Of a DNA stretch of 64,000 nucleotides, positions 40,680-52,589 are shown piece after piece. The stretch lies in contig JAPDFW010000077.1 in assembly GCA_028826165.1 (NCBI GenBank), forward strand, positions 124,001 through 188,000. Direction: 5' to 3'. The position numbers and the translations under genes were made by a program. The first letter of the stretch is position 1. Each line of letters begins with the position of its first letter. The stretch is from Anaeramoeba ignava BMAN. Its lineage: Eukaryota; Protista; Anaeramoebae. Below the pieces are notes generated by a model. It was not told the origin of the DNA and searched no databases. It saw only the letters and a program-made list of their open reading frames with translations.

Positions 40680-43097
40680 TCATTTTTGTTGAGAAGTTGA
40701 ACCTGAACCATTTCCATCATTTTGATCATTTCCATCATTTTGATCATCATTTTGATCATCATTTTGATCATCGTTTTGATCACCATAATAATCATCAGAT
40801 TCAGAATAAGAATCAATATCAGAATTTCGAAGATATTGATTTTCATGATATGAATTTAAAGCTTCAAAAAAACGAATTTGTTCATCTTCATACTCATCTT
40901 TATTTGTATTTTCAGAATTTAATTCTTCTTTAACTTCAGGTTTTTGATCCAAAAAAATAAATCTATCAGGATCAATTTCTATATATTTTTTCCAAGAAGA
41001 AGAATCCTTAATATTATCAATATTTTTACGAATGAAATCTTCAATTTCTTGTTGGAATTCTTGAATTTGGAAAGTTAAAATTTTATCGTAAATATCCAAA
41101 ACATTTTCAGAAGTAATTGAACTAGTTGAAACAAGATGTCGACAACAAAGAATATCAAGAGTATTATCCTTCAATCCAAAAAAAGAACTTGCTCCAAGAA
41201 GATCCAAACAAATTGGAGTTGATAAAGATGATAAACGATGAGTGTAAATGAATTCAATAAGTTTTTCTATTGATTCTGGTTTTCGACCACTGTAATCTGG
41301 AACTCTGTTGGATTCATCTTGAACAGAAAGAAACATTCCACAAAAAAGTTGACTTCTTGCAGCAAGCATAAATCGATGAGTAAGGATTTCTTTTCCTTGA
41401 ACATCAAGAATAAAATCACCATTTTCATTTCGTCTAAAAAATAATTTTTTTAAATTTCATGTAATTGAATAAATTCTTTTTAAAAATTTTTTAAAATTTA
41501 AAATTTAATCTAACCTTTCATAAAGTTTTGCATAATCTTCCAAAATAGTATTCTGGTTTTCATTTGTATTACTACTATCACATAAACACAATCTCTCTAA
41601 ATGTTTGAGTTCGAGCCTTTTAGAAAGAGAAAGTAAACCAGAATTAGTAAAATTTGATTGACGATAACGACCGGTATAAATGTAAAAAAGAACATCTTCA
41701 ACATCAACCAAAAGATGAGACATGAAAGCAATGATGATATTTTCCAAAGAAACATTAGGACATCTTTGGGAGATAAAACAACGATTAGCAACGACTTTTT
41801 GGTGGTCCAAAGTGGAGAACTCAATATCATAAACAGAACTGCGAATATCGTTGAAAAAAATCTTCATTTCATCAATTAAAGGATATTCCATTTCAAGCTC
41901 GTAAATATCATTATAAAGATCTGAGCCCATACAACTGACGCCAAAACAAGCAATTAATTTATTTTCATAAAGAACCAAATCATGTCCAAATCTTGGTGCA
42001 GGAATTTCTTCTACTGGCTGTTGAGTATCAACTTCAAACCAAGAATTTTTGTTTATATCAAAATAGTGCAAAATATTATCGTCAAAAGAAGTATAACCAC
42101 CAAAAACAAGCAGTTTGTTATCAAAAACACATCCTGCACTAACTGTTCTTGGAGGCGGTTTGGCAACAACACTTTTCTTTGAAATCGAACGGAAAAAAGA
42201 AAATCTGTATTGATTTGATTTTGGTTTTTGATTTGATTTTGATTTTTTGTGATTTTCTTTCAATTCCAAAAATCTTTGAGATCGTAATTTTTGAAAATCG
42301 GGTAAATTTTGCTGAATGTTTTCATCATCTTGCCATTGAAAAGGGTTAATTTTTTGCCAAAAATCTGTTGAAATATCATATCTGAAAAATCTGTTAGTAT
42401 CAACTTCGTTTTTATGGTCTTTTCCACTAAAAATATAAAGGAAATTATTATACGGAAACATGACATGAAGAGAAACTGGCATTTTTTCTGGAATAAAAGA
42501 ATCTGAGCGAATTTGTGACCAGACTTTTGATTCCAAATCAAAGCGATAAAAACTATCAATATGATATTCATTAATATCACCATCCCAACCGCCGTAAACA
42601 AAAAGAAAAGACTTTCCTTGAGGGGAGACATAAGGGGTAAGCGAGTGATCTGAGCGATTTTCGGGAACTTCGCCATTTCCGTTAATTTGGACCCATTTGT
42701 TTGTCATGAATTCATACTCCCATAAATCATTGAGATAACTATCCTTGCCGTGTCCGCCGAACACATACATTTTATTGTCCAGAACACATGCCTTATGTCC
42801 CCAACGTGCAGGTGGTGGTGGGAAGCTGATATTTGGTTCGATTTTTCTTACTTCATGTGATCGCAAATCAAAATTATAGAAATGATCATAAACTTCTGTT
42901 CTTGATATTCCTCCTCCAAAAAACCACAGCTTGTGTCCATATACTACTGTCTCAGTTCTTCTTTTTAATAGTTCAACTTTATCCCCATTTTTGGCCGTTA
43001 ATTGTCGCCATTTTGAATTTCCAAATAGATAATGTGAGTCAAATTTATCAATTTTATTCTTTGGATTGTTTGGTTTTTTATTTGGATAAAAAAACAT
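40680..43097 (-). CDS. Kelch-repeat + two BTB domains (LZTR1-like architecture); exons 43097-41515 and 41433-40680
   Basis: Kelch motifs (PPPARWGHKA..MYVFGG, PAPRFGH); BTB1 YDIEF..ANRCFISQRCP; BTB2 GDFIL..THRFMLAARSQLFCGMF after an 81-nt intron. Confidence 0.88.
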
Positions 43098-43186
43098 TTT
43101 AGAAGAAAAAAAATGAAAAAAATTGAAATGAAAAAAATCAAATTTTTTTTTTTTCATTTTTTTTCTTTATAAAAAATATAAAGAAA

Positions 43187-44947
43187 ATGAATGAATGTTT
43201 ATTTTTTGGTTTAAATAGATATCCAAAACTTTTCAAAAATGAAAAAGATAGAATAACAAAACCAATTCAATTTAAATTTGAAAATGAAAATGAAAATGAA
43301 AATGAAAAACAAATTAAACAAATTTCATCAGATTATTTTTCAACAATTTTCCTTTTTAAAAATGAAAAAGCAATAGAATATTCAAGAAATTCAAGAGAAA
43401 ATCCTCAAAAAATCCAAATTGATGAAAATATTCAAAAAGTAACTGTTGGTTGGCAAAATGAAGCTATTTTAACAAAAGAAGGAAATGTATTTGCTAAAGG
43501 AAAAAATATTAATCCAAAAAATCCAAATCGATTTATCAATATTTCATCATTAATTGAAGATAAAAATGATAGAATAATTGAAGATATTGTTTCTGGATAC
43601 TTTTCAATTTACTTATTAACCTCAAATCAAAATGCTTATGGAATTGGTGATAATCATTTTAGTCAAATTGCTTTTAAATCAAATAACAAAAAAAAAAGAA
43701 AATCAGAAAAACCAATTTTAATGATGAAAAATGTTTCTAAAATATTTTCAGGAAATAATTCACTTTTTGTTTTTCTTTTAAATTCAAATCAAGAATTATT
43801 TGGATGTGGTAAAAATAATCATGGAACACTTGGATTAGGATATCGAAAAAAAGAAATTTTACAACCAATTCAAATTAAAAATATTCCAAAAGGCAAAATA
43901 ATTGATATTCAATGTGGATATTTTCATTCAATAATGTTGATTGGAGATGAAAATGGAAAAATAAAATTTTATTCATGCGGGAATTATGAATATAATGGAC
44001 TTGGCAAAGAAAATGAAAATACTTATGAATTTACTGAAATCAAATCATCTTTATTTGAAAATGATGATAATATTCTTGATTTTTCTGTTGGATATAGTCA
44101 TACTTTGATTTTGACATCAAATTCAAAATTAATAGGATTTGGAAATAATTCCTTTGGTCAATTAGGAATTGAAGAGACAAAATATCAGCCAATTCCAATT
44201 CAAATTGAACTTCCTAAATTAAGATTTAATGAAAATATTTCTAATTATCATATTTATTGTGGATATTTCAATTCATTTCTTTATTATTCTCCTCCTTCTC
44301 TTTCCAATCTTGAAGAAGATTTGATAAAACTATTTAGAAGAAAAGAATTTTGTGATATTTCATTTAAAACCAAAAATGGAGAAATAATCAAAGCTCATAA
44401 ATTAATATTGAAATATAGATTAAATCAAAATGAAAATCAAAATCAAATTGAAAAACTTCAAGAAATTATTTCAAATAAATCAATTAAAGAATCAAATCAA
44501 ATATTTGAAATGATTTATTCAAACAGAATAATAAATCCAAAATTATATTCTGAAATTAAAGAAATTATAAATTTAAATGAAAAAATTGAAGAAACAATGA
44601 AAAGAATTTATTTAAATGAAAAAGAAAATGAAAAAGATTTTATAATTGAAAGAAAAGAAAAACAACATAAATTTCCAAAATTAATATTAATAATGAGAAG
44701 TGAATTATATCGAGGAATGTTTTTATCTGTAACAAATGACACTTCTAATAAAGTTACAGATTATAGTGAATTAAGTAATAAATCATTTCAAATATTTGAA
44801 TATTGGATTTATTCAAATCAAATTAAAGATGGAATTAAAATTACACAAGAAATTATTGATGAATTAGAAATAGGAATTGATTATTTTCAATTAAATCAAA
44901 CAAATCCAAATTTATTTGATTTATTAATTAATAAATTTAATAATTAA
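43187..44947 (+). CDS. RCC1-repeat + tandem BTB protein
   Basis: Intact 586-aa ORF; FGNNSFGQLG and SVGYSHTLIL blades; conserved BTB module. Confidence 0.9.
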   Translation: MNECLFFGLNRYPKLFKNEKDRITKPIQFKFENENENENEKQIKQISSDYFSTIFLFKNEKAIEYSRNSRENPQKIQIDENIQKVTVGWQNEAILTKEGNVFAKGKNINPKNPNRFINISSLIEDKNDRIIEDIVSGYFSIYLLTSNQNAYGIGDNHFSQIAFKSNNKKKRKSEKPILMMKNVSKIFSGNNSLFVFLLNSNQELFGCGKNNHGTLGLGYRKKEILQPIQIKNIPKGKIIDIQCGYFHSIMLIGDENGKIKFYSCGNYEYNGLGKENENTYEFTEIKSSLFENDDNILDFSVGYSHTLILTSNSKLIGFGNNSFGQLGIEETKYQPIPIQIELPKLRFNENISNYHIYCGYFNSFLYYSPPSLSNLEEDLIKLFRRKEFCDISFKTKNGEIIKAHKLILKYRLNQNENQNQIEKLQEIISNKSIKESNQIFEMIYSNRIINPKLYSEIKEIINLNEKIEETMKRIYLNEKENEKDFIIERKEKQHKFPKLILIMRSELYRGMFLSVTNDTSNKVTDYSELSNKSFQIFEYWIYSNQIKDGIKITQEIIDELEIGIDYFQLNQTNPNLFDLLINKFNN

Positions 44948-45006
44948 AATTAAAATTAAAAATTAAAATTAATTTTTTTCTTTTTTTCATTTTTTTCTTT
45001 TCAAAA

Positions 45007-46761
45007 ATGAATGAAATTATATTTTTTGGTTTAAATCGATATTCAAAACTTTTCAAAAATGAACCAGATAAAATAAAAAAACCAATTCAATTTAAATTTG
45101 AAAATGAAAATGAAAATGAAAATGAAAAACAAATTAAACAAATTTCATCAAATTATTTTTCAACAATTTTCCTTTTTAAAAATGGAAAAGCAATAGAATA
45201 TTCAAGAAATTCAATTCAAAAACCTGAAAAATTCAAATTGAAAATATTCAAAAAGTAATTGTTGGTTGGCAAAATGAAGCTATTTTAACAATAGAAGGAA
45301 ATGCATTTGCCAAAGGAAGAAATGCTAATCCAAAAAATCCAAATAAATTTATTAATATTTCATCATTAATTGAAGATCCAAATGATAGAATAATTCAAGA
45401 TATTATTTCAGGAGATAGTTCATTTTACTTATTAAGTTCAAATCAAAATGCTTATGGAATTGGTGATAATCATTTTAGTCAAATTGCTTTTAAATCAAAT
45501 AACAAAAAAAAAAGAAAATCAGAAAAACCAATTTTAATGATGAAAAATGTTTCTAAAATATTTTCAGGAAATTGTTCTCATGTTTTTCTTTTAAATTCAA
45601 ATCAAGAATTATTTGGATGTGGTAAAAATAATCATGGAACACTTGGATTAGGATATCGAAAAAAAGAAATTTTACAACCAATTCAAATTCAAAATATTCC
45701 AAAAGGCAAAATAATTGATATTCAATGTGGAAATGAACATTCAATAATGTTGATTGAAGATGAAAATCTAAAAAGAAAAATTTATTCATGTGGTTATTCT
45801 CGGATATAATGGACTTGGCAAAGGAGATAAATATACAAATAAATTTACTGAAATCAAATCATCTTTATTTGAAAATGATGATAATATTCTTGAAATTTCT
45901 GTTGGATATAATCATACTTTGATTTTAACATCCAATTCAAAATTGATTGGATTTGGAAATAATTATTATTTCCAATTAGGAACTGAAGATATAAAAAATC
46001 AATCAATTCCAATTCAAATTGAACTTCCTAAATTAAGATTTAATGAAGATATTTCTAATTATCATGTTTCTTGTGGATATTCTAATTCGTTTCTTTATTA
46101 TTCTTCTCCTTCTTTTTCCAATCTTGAAGAAGATTTGATAAAACTATTTAGAAGAAAAGAATTTTGTAATATTTCATTTAAAACCAAAAATGGAGAAATA
46201 ATTGAAGCTCATAAATTAATATTGAAATATAGATTAAATCAAAATCAAAATCAAATTGAAAAACTTCAAGAAATTATTTCAAATAAATCAATTAAAGAAT
46301 CAAATCAAATATTTGAAATGATTTATTCAAACAGAATAATAAATCCAAAATTATATTTTGAAATTAAAGAAATTATAAATTCCAATGAAAAAATAGAAGA
46401 AACAATGAAAAGAATTTATTTAAATGAAAATGAAAATGAAAAAGATTTTATAATTGAAAGAAAAGAAAAACAATATAAATTTCCCAAATTAATATTAATA
46501 ATGAGAAGTGAATTATATCGAGGAATGTTTTTATCTGTAACTGAAGATAAATCAAATAAAGTTACAGATTATAGTGAATTAAGTAATAAATCATTTCAAA
46601 TATTTGAATATTGGATTTATTCAAATCAAATAAAAGAAGAAATTCAAATTACACAAGAGATAATTGAAGAATTAGAAAGAGGAATTGATTATTTTCAATT
46701 AAATCAAACAAATCCAAATTTACTTGATTTATTAATTAACAAATTTAATAATCAAAATTAA
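45007..46761 (+). CDS. RCC1-BTB paralog with two frameshifts (about 45230 and 45800); sequencing error or pseudogene
   Basis: Colinear with neighbouring copies across three ORF fragments; the first break is a missing A in an A-run relative to the 48807 copy. Confidence 0.75.
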
Positions 46762-46824
46762 AATTAAAAATTAAAATTAATTTTTTTCTTTTTTTCATTT
46801 TTCATTTTTCAGAAAATTAAGAAA

Positions 46825-48768
46825 ATGAAAAAACAATTATTAAATATTTGTAAAGAAAAAAATCCAAAAAATTTATTGGAAAAGATCAAATCATCAATCA
46901 AAAAGGGAACAGATATCAATGCCAAAACAAAATTAAATCAAACACCTTTACATTTGATTTGTCAATGGCAAAAAAAAAATTCAGTTGAAATTATTAAGTA
47001 TCTTGTTGAAAAAGGAACAGATATCAATGCCAAAACAAAATTAAATCAAACACCTTTACATTTGGTTTGCAAATTTCAAAAAAAAAATTCAGTTGAAATT
47101 ATCAAGTATTTTGTTGAAAAAGGAACAGATATCAATGCCAAAACAAAATTAAATCAAACACCTTTACATTTGGTTTGTCAATTTCAAAAAATAAATTCAG
47201 TTGAAATTATCAAGTATTTTGTTGAAAAAGGAACAGATATCAATGCCAAAACAAAATTAGATCAAACACCTTTACATTTGGTTTGTCAATGGCAAAGTCG
47301 AAAAGGTTTTGAAATTATCAAGTATCTTGTTGAAAAAGGAGCAGATATCAATGTCAAAACAACTGAAAATCAAACACCTTTACATTTGGTTTATCAATTT
47401 CAAAAAGTAAATTCTTTTGAAATTATCAAGTATCTTGTTGAAAAAGGAGCAGATGTAAATATACAAAATGTATTGGATGAAACAATACTGCATTTAGTTT
47501 GTAAGGATCATTCCCAAAAAGGAAATACTTGTGAAATGATGAGATTTCTTGTTGAGAAAGGAGCAAACGTAAACTCTCTGCAATATACAAAAGAAACACC
47601 TTTGCATTATATATTTCATTACCAAGAAAAAAATGTATTTGAAATGGTCAAGATTCTTGTTGAAAAAGGAGCAAACATAAATGCACAAAGTGAAAATAGC
47701 AAAAGTACTCCCTTTCATTTTGCTTTTTCACTTCCACGAAAGAATGTATTTAAAATTATCCAATATTTGATTCAAAATGGTGCTGATGTCAATATCAAAA
47801 CAGCACAAAACCGAACTCCTTTATACTTTGCAGCACAAAATAATCGTGAATATTTAATCGAAATTTTACTCTTGAACAATGCAAATATTTATGATTTGCT
47901 AGATACACAAATTAAACAAGAATATATAGATTTATTTACTCAAATTTACTCTTTTAATCAAGATTCACAAAACTTCTTAAAATCTAATGATAATTTTTCT
48001 GATTTGGGAATTAAATCAAATGATTCTTTTACTTTCCAAGCTCATCAACAAATTTTATTAATGAGATTGGATCAAAATGAAACAATTTTACAACAATTTA
48101 TCAAAAATTGTTCTCAGAAATCAAAAGAAACTGTTGAAATTGTGCTCAATTTTATTTATTCTGGAATTTATGATTTTGAAAATTTCTCCAAAATTTTAAC
48201 AGATTTTTTACATCTCCAAAATCGATACAACAAAGCTCTTAAAAATCATCTCAAATTAATCCTTCCTTTTGAACAATTCCATGAAGAAAACAAAGAAATT
48301 TCCAAAATAAAGGAAAATCATTTAAATAAAATAGAAAAACAAAAAGAAATCATTGAAAGCTTTTTCAAAGAAATTGGAATTGATTCAGATTGGATTGAAA
48401 AGAAATCAAGAAGAAAAGGAATATTGAAAGATTTTACAAAATTTTATCATCAAAATGAAACAAAAGATTTCACAATAATTGTTGACGAAAAAGAAATTAA
48501 GGTTCATAAATTAATTCTAATGATAAGAAGTGAATTATTCAAAGGAATGTTTCAATTAAATATTTCAGATAAATCAAATAAAGTTCACGACTACTCAAAA
48601 AAATCATTTGAAACAATTAATCAATTAATTTATTTCCTTTATCATGATGAATTTGAAGAAACAAAATTAAATAATCAAATTATTGAAGAACTTTATGATG
48701 TAAAAGATTACTATCAATTAAATCCAAATTCAATAATTGATTTAATTTTGTTTGATGGTTTAAAATAA
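46825..48768 (+). CDS. Ankyrin-repeat + tandem BTB protein
   Basis: About nine 36-aa ankyrin repeats (QTPLHLVC..EIIKYLVEKGADIN); BTB KDFTI..VHKLILMIRSELFKGMF..VHDYS. Confidence 0.92.
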   Translation: MKKQLLNICKEKNPKNLLEKIKSSIKKGTDINAKTKLNQTPLHLICQWQKKNSVEIIKYLVEKGTDINAKTKLNQTPLHLVCKFQKKNSVEIIKYFVEKGTDINAKTKLNQTPLHLVCQFQKINSVEIIKYFVEKGTDINAKTKLDQTPLHLVCQWQSRKGFEIIKYLVEKGADINVKTTENQTPLHLVYQFQKVNSFEIIKYLVEKGADVNIQNVLDETILHLVCKDHSQKGNTCEMMRFLVEKGANVNSLQYTKETPLHYIFHYQEKNVFEMVKILVEKGANINAQSENSKSTPFHFAFSLPRKNVFKIIQYLIQNGADVNIKTAQNRTPLYFAAQNNREYLIEILLLNNANIYDLLDTQIKQEYIDLFTQIYSFNQDSQNFLKSNDNFSDLGIKSNDSFTFQAHQQILLMRLDQNETILQQFIKNCSQKSKETVEIVLNFIYSGIYDFENFSKILTDFLHLQNRYNKALKNHLKLILPFEQFHEENKEISKIKENHLNKIEKQKEIIESFFKEIGIDSDWIEKKSRRKGILKDFTKFYHQNETKDFTIIVDEKEIKVHKLILMIRSELFKGMFQLNISDKSNKVHDYSKKSFETINQLIYFLYHDEFEETKLNNQIIEELYDVKDYYQLNPNSIIDLILFDGLK

Positions 48769-48806
48769 AATTCAAAATCATTTTTTCATTTTTTTCTTTT
48801 CAGAAA

Positions 48807-50530
48807 ATGAATGATTGTTTATTTTTGGGTTTAAATAAAAATCCAAAACTTTTCAAAAATGAACCAAATACAATAAAAAAACCAATTCAATTTAAATTTG
48901 AAAATGAAAATGAAAATGAAAAACAAATTAAACAAATTTCAACAGGTCATTTATCAACAATTTTCCTTTTTAAAAATGGAAAAGCAATAGAATATTTAAA
49001 TCAAAATGATTCAAATCCAAATCCTGAAAAAATTCAAATTGAAGAAAATATTCAAAAAGTAACTGTTGGTCATGGAAATGAAGCTGTTTTAACAATAGAA
49101 GGAAATGTATTTGCCAAAGGAGATTATATTAATTCAAAAAATCCAAATGAATTTATCAATATTTCATCATTAATTGAAGATCCAAATGATAAAGTAATTG
49201 AAGATATTGTTTCAGGAAGATTTTCAATTTACTTATTAACTTCAAATCAAAATGCTTATGGAATTGGCTCAAATGGTTCTAGTCAACTTGGTTCTAAAAC
49301 ACTTTCAAAAACAGAAAAACCAATTTTAATGATGAAAAATGTTTCTAAAATATTTTCAGGAAATTCTTCAAGTTTTGTTTTTCTTTTAAATTCAAATCAA
49401 GAATTATTTGGATGTGGTAATAATTTCAATGGTCAACTTGGATTTGGATCAAAAAAGAAAATACGAAAAAAACTAAAAAAAATCCAAAATATTCCAAAAG
49501 GCAAAATAATTGATATTCAATGTGGATATGCTTATTCAATAATGTTGGTTGAAAATGAAAATCAAAATCAAAATCCAAAAAGAAAACTTTATTCATGTGG
49601 AAGTTATCATTATAATGGACTTGGCAAAGAATACGAAGATACTTATGAATTTACTAAAATAAAATCATCTTTATTTGAAAATGATGATATTATTGAAATT
49701 TCTTGTGGATATAATCATACTTTGATTTTAACTTCCAATAATAAAATGATAGTATTTGGAAGCAATTTAAATGGTGAATTAGGAACTGGAGATACAAAAA
49801 AGCAAAAAATTCCAAACCAAATTGAACTTCCTAAATTAAGATTTAATGAAAATATTTCCAATTATCATGTTTCTTGTGGATATCATAAATCATTTATTTA
49901 TAGTTACTCTTCTTTTTCCAATCTTGAAGAAGATTTGATAAAATTATTTAAAAGAAAAGAATTTTGTGATATTTCATTTAAAACAGAAAATGGAGAAATA
50001 ATTGAAGCTCATAAATTAATATTAAAATATAGATTAAATGAAAATCAAAATCAAATTGAAAAACTTCAAGAAATTATTTCAAAAAAATCAATTAAAGAAT
50101 CAAATCAAATATTTGAAATGATTTATTCAAACAGAATAATAAATCCAAAATTATATTCTGAAATTAAAGAAATTATAAATTCTAATGAAAAAATTGAAGA
50201 AACAATGAAAAGAATTTATTTAAATGAAAATGAAAATGAAAAAGATTTTATTATTGAAAGAAAAGAAAAACAATATAAATTTCCTAAATTGATATTAATA
50301 ATGAGAAGTGAATTATATCGAGGAATGTTTTTATCTGTAACTGAAGATAAATCAAATAAAGTTACAGATTATAGTGAATTAAGTAATAAATCATTTCAAA
50401 TATTTGAATATTGGATTTTTATCAAATAAAAATCAAATTAAAAAGAAGAAAATTCAAATTACAATTGAAATTATTGATGAACTAAAACAGGAATTGATTT
50501 ATTTTCAATTAAATCAAAAACAAATAAAAA
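48807..50530 (+). CDS. RCC1-BTB paralog; last about 100 nt garbled by indels (ORF stops at 50429)
   Basis: 540-aa ORF homologous to neighbours; 50420-50530 is an indel-ridden version of the conserved C-terminus. Confidence 0.8.
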
Positions 50531-50652
50531 TTTAATTAAAATTTATTAAAATTAAAATTAAAAATTAAAAATAAAATCAAAATCAAAATCAAAATTAAAA
50601 ATTTTTTTCATTTTTTCATTTTTTCATTTTTTCATTTTTTTCTTTTTCGAAA

Positions 50653-52458
50653 ATGAATGATTGTTTATTTTTTGGTTATAATCAATATCCAAAACTTATC
50701 AAAAATGAACCAGATAAAATAACAAAACCAATTCAATTTAAATTTGAAAATGAAAATGAAAATGAAAATGAAAATGAAAATGAAAATGAAAATGAAAATG
50801 AAAATGAAAATGAAAATGAAAAACAAATTAAACAAATTTCATCAAGTTCTTTTTCAACAATTTTCCTTTTTAAAAATGGAAAAGCAATAGAATATTTAAA
50901 TGATTCAAATCAAAATCCTCAAAAAATCCAAATTAAAGAAAATATTCAAAAAGTAACTGTTGGTTATCAAAATGAAGCTTTTTTAACAAAAGAAGGAAAT
51001 GTATTTGCCAAAGGAAGACATGTTAATTCAAAAAATCCAAATAAATTTATCAATATTTCATCATTAATTGAAGATCCAAATGATAGAGTAATTCAAGATG
51101 TTGTTTCAGGATACAATTCAATTTACTTATTAACTTCAAATCAAAATGCTTATGGAATTGGTGATAATCATTTTAGTCAAATTGCTTTTCAATCAAATAA
51201 CAAAAAAAAAAGAAAATCAGAAAAACCAATTTTAATGATGAAAAATGTTTCTAAAATATTTTCAGGAAATTGTTCTCATGTTTTTCTTTTAAATTCAAAT
51301 CAAGAATTATTTGGATGCGGTAAAAATAATCATGGAACACTTGGATTAGGATATCGAAAAAAAGAAATTTTACAACCAATTCAAATTCAAAATATTCCAA
51401 AAGGTAAAATAATTGATATCCAAATCGGATTTGAACATTCAATAATTTTGATTGAAGATGAAAATCTAAAAAGAAAACTTTATTCATGTGGAGATGATGA
51501 TTATAATGGACTTGGCAAAGGAGATAAATATACAAATAAATTTACTGAAATCAAATCATCTTTATTTGAAAATGATAATATTCTTGAATTTTCTGTTGGA
51601 ACTAATCATACTTTGATTTTAACATCCAATAATAAAATGATAGGATTTGGATATAATTATTCTGATCAATTAGGAACTGAAGATACAAATCATCAATTAA
51701 TTCCAATTCAAATTGAACTTCCTAAATTAAGATTTAATGAAGATATTTCTAATTATCATATTTATTGTGGATATCTCAAATCATTTCTTTATTATTCTCC
51801 TCCTTCTTTTTCCAATCTTGAAGAAGATTTGATAAAATTATTTAAAAGAAAAGAATTTTGTGATATTTCATTTAAAACCAAAAATGGAGAAATAATTGAA
51901 GCTCATAAATTAATATTAAAATATAGATTAAATCAAAATCAAAATCAAATTGAAAAACTTCAAGAAATTATTTCAAATAAATCAATTAAAGAATCAAATC
52001 AAATATTTGAAATGATTTATTCAAATAATTCCAAAATAAATCCAATATTATATTCTGAAATTAAAGAAATTATAAATTTAAATGAAAAAATTGAAGAAAC
52101 AATGAAAAGAATTTATTTAAATGAAAATGAAAATGAAAAAGATTTTATAATTGAAAAAAAAGAAAAACAATATAAATTTCCAAAATTAATATTAATAATG
52201 AGAAGTGAATTATATCGAGGAATGTTTTTATCTGTAATAAATGATACTTCAAATAAAGTTACAGATTATAGTGAATTAAGTAATAAATCATTTCAAATAT
52301 TTGAATATTGGATTTATTCAAATCAAATTAAAGATGAAATTCAAATTACACAAGAAATTATTGATGAACTAGAAACAGGAATTGATTATTTTCAATTAAA
52401 TCAAACAAATCCAAATTTATTTGATTTATTAATTAAGAAATTTAAAAATCAAAATTAA
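50653..52458 (+). CDS. RCC1-repeat + tandem BTB protein
   Basis: Intact 601-aa ORF with an expanded (EN)n tract. Confidence 0.9.
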   Translation: MNDCLFFGYNQYPKLIKNEPDKITKPIQFKFENENENENENENENENENENENENEKQIKQISSSSFSTIFLFKNGKAIEYLNDSNQNPQKIQIKENIQKVTVGYQNEAFLTKEGNVFAKGRHVNSKNPNKFINISSLIEDPNDRVIQDVVSGYNSIYLLTSNQNAYGIGDNHFSQIAFQSNNKKKRKSEKPILMMKNVSKIFSGNCSHVFLLNSNQELFGCGKNNHGTLGLGYRKKEILQPIQIQNIPKGKIIDIQIGFEHSIILIEDENLKRKLYSCGDDDYNGLGKGDKYTNKFTEIKSSLFENDNILEFSVGTNHTLILTSNNKMIGFGYNYSDQLGTEDTNHQLIPIQIELPKLRFNEDISNYHIYCGYLKSFLYYSPPSFSNLEEDLIKLFKRKEFCDISFKTKNGEIIEAHKLILKYRLNQNQNQIEKLQEIISNKSIKESNQIFEMIYSNNSKINPILYSEIKEIINLNEKIEETMKRIYLNENENEKDFIIEKKEKQYKFPKLILIMRSELYRGMFLSVINDTSNKVTDYSELSNKSFQIFEYWIYSNQIKDEIQITQEIIDELETGIDYFQLNQTNPNLFDLLIKKFKNQN

Positions 52459-52589
52459 AATTAAAATTAAAATTAAAATTAAAATTAAAATCAAAAATTA
52501 ATAATTAAAATTAAAATCAAAAATTAAAATTAAAATTAAAATTAAAATTAAAAATTTTTTTCATTTTTTCATTTTTTTCTTTTCAGAAA

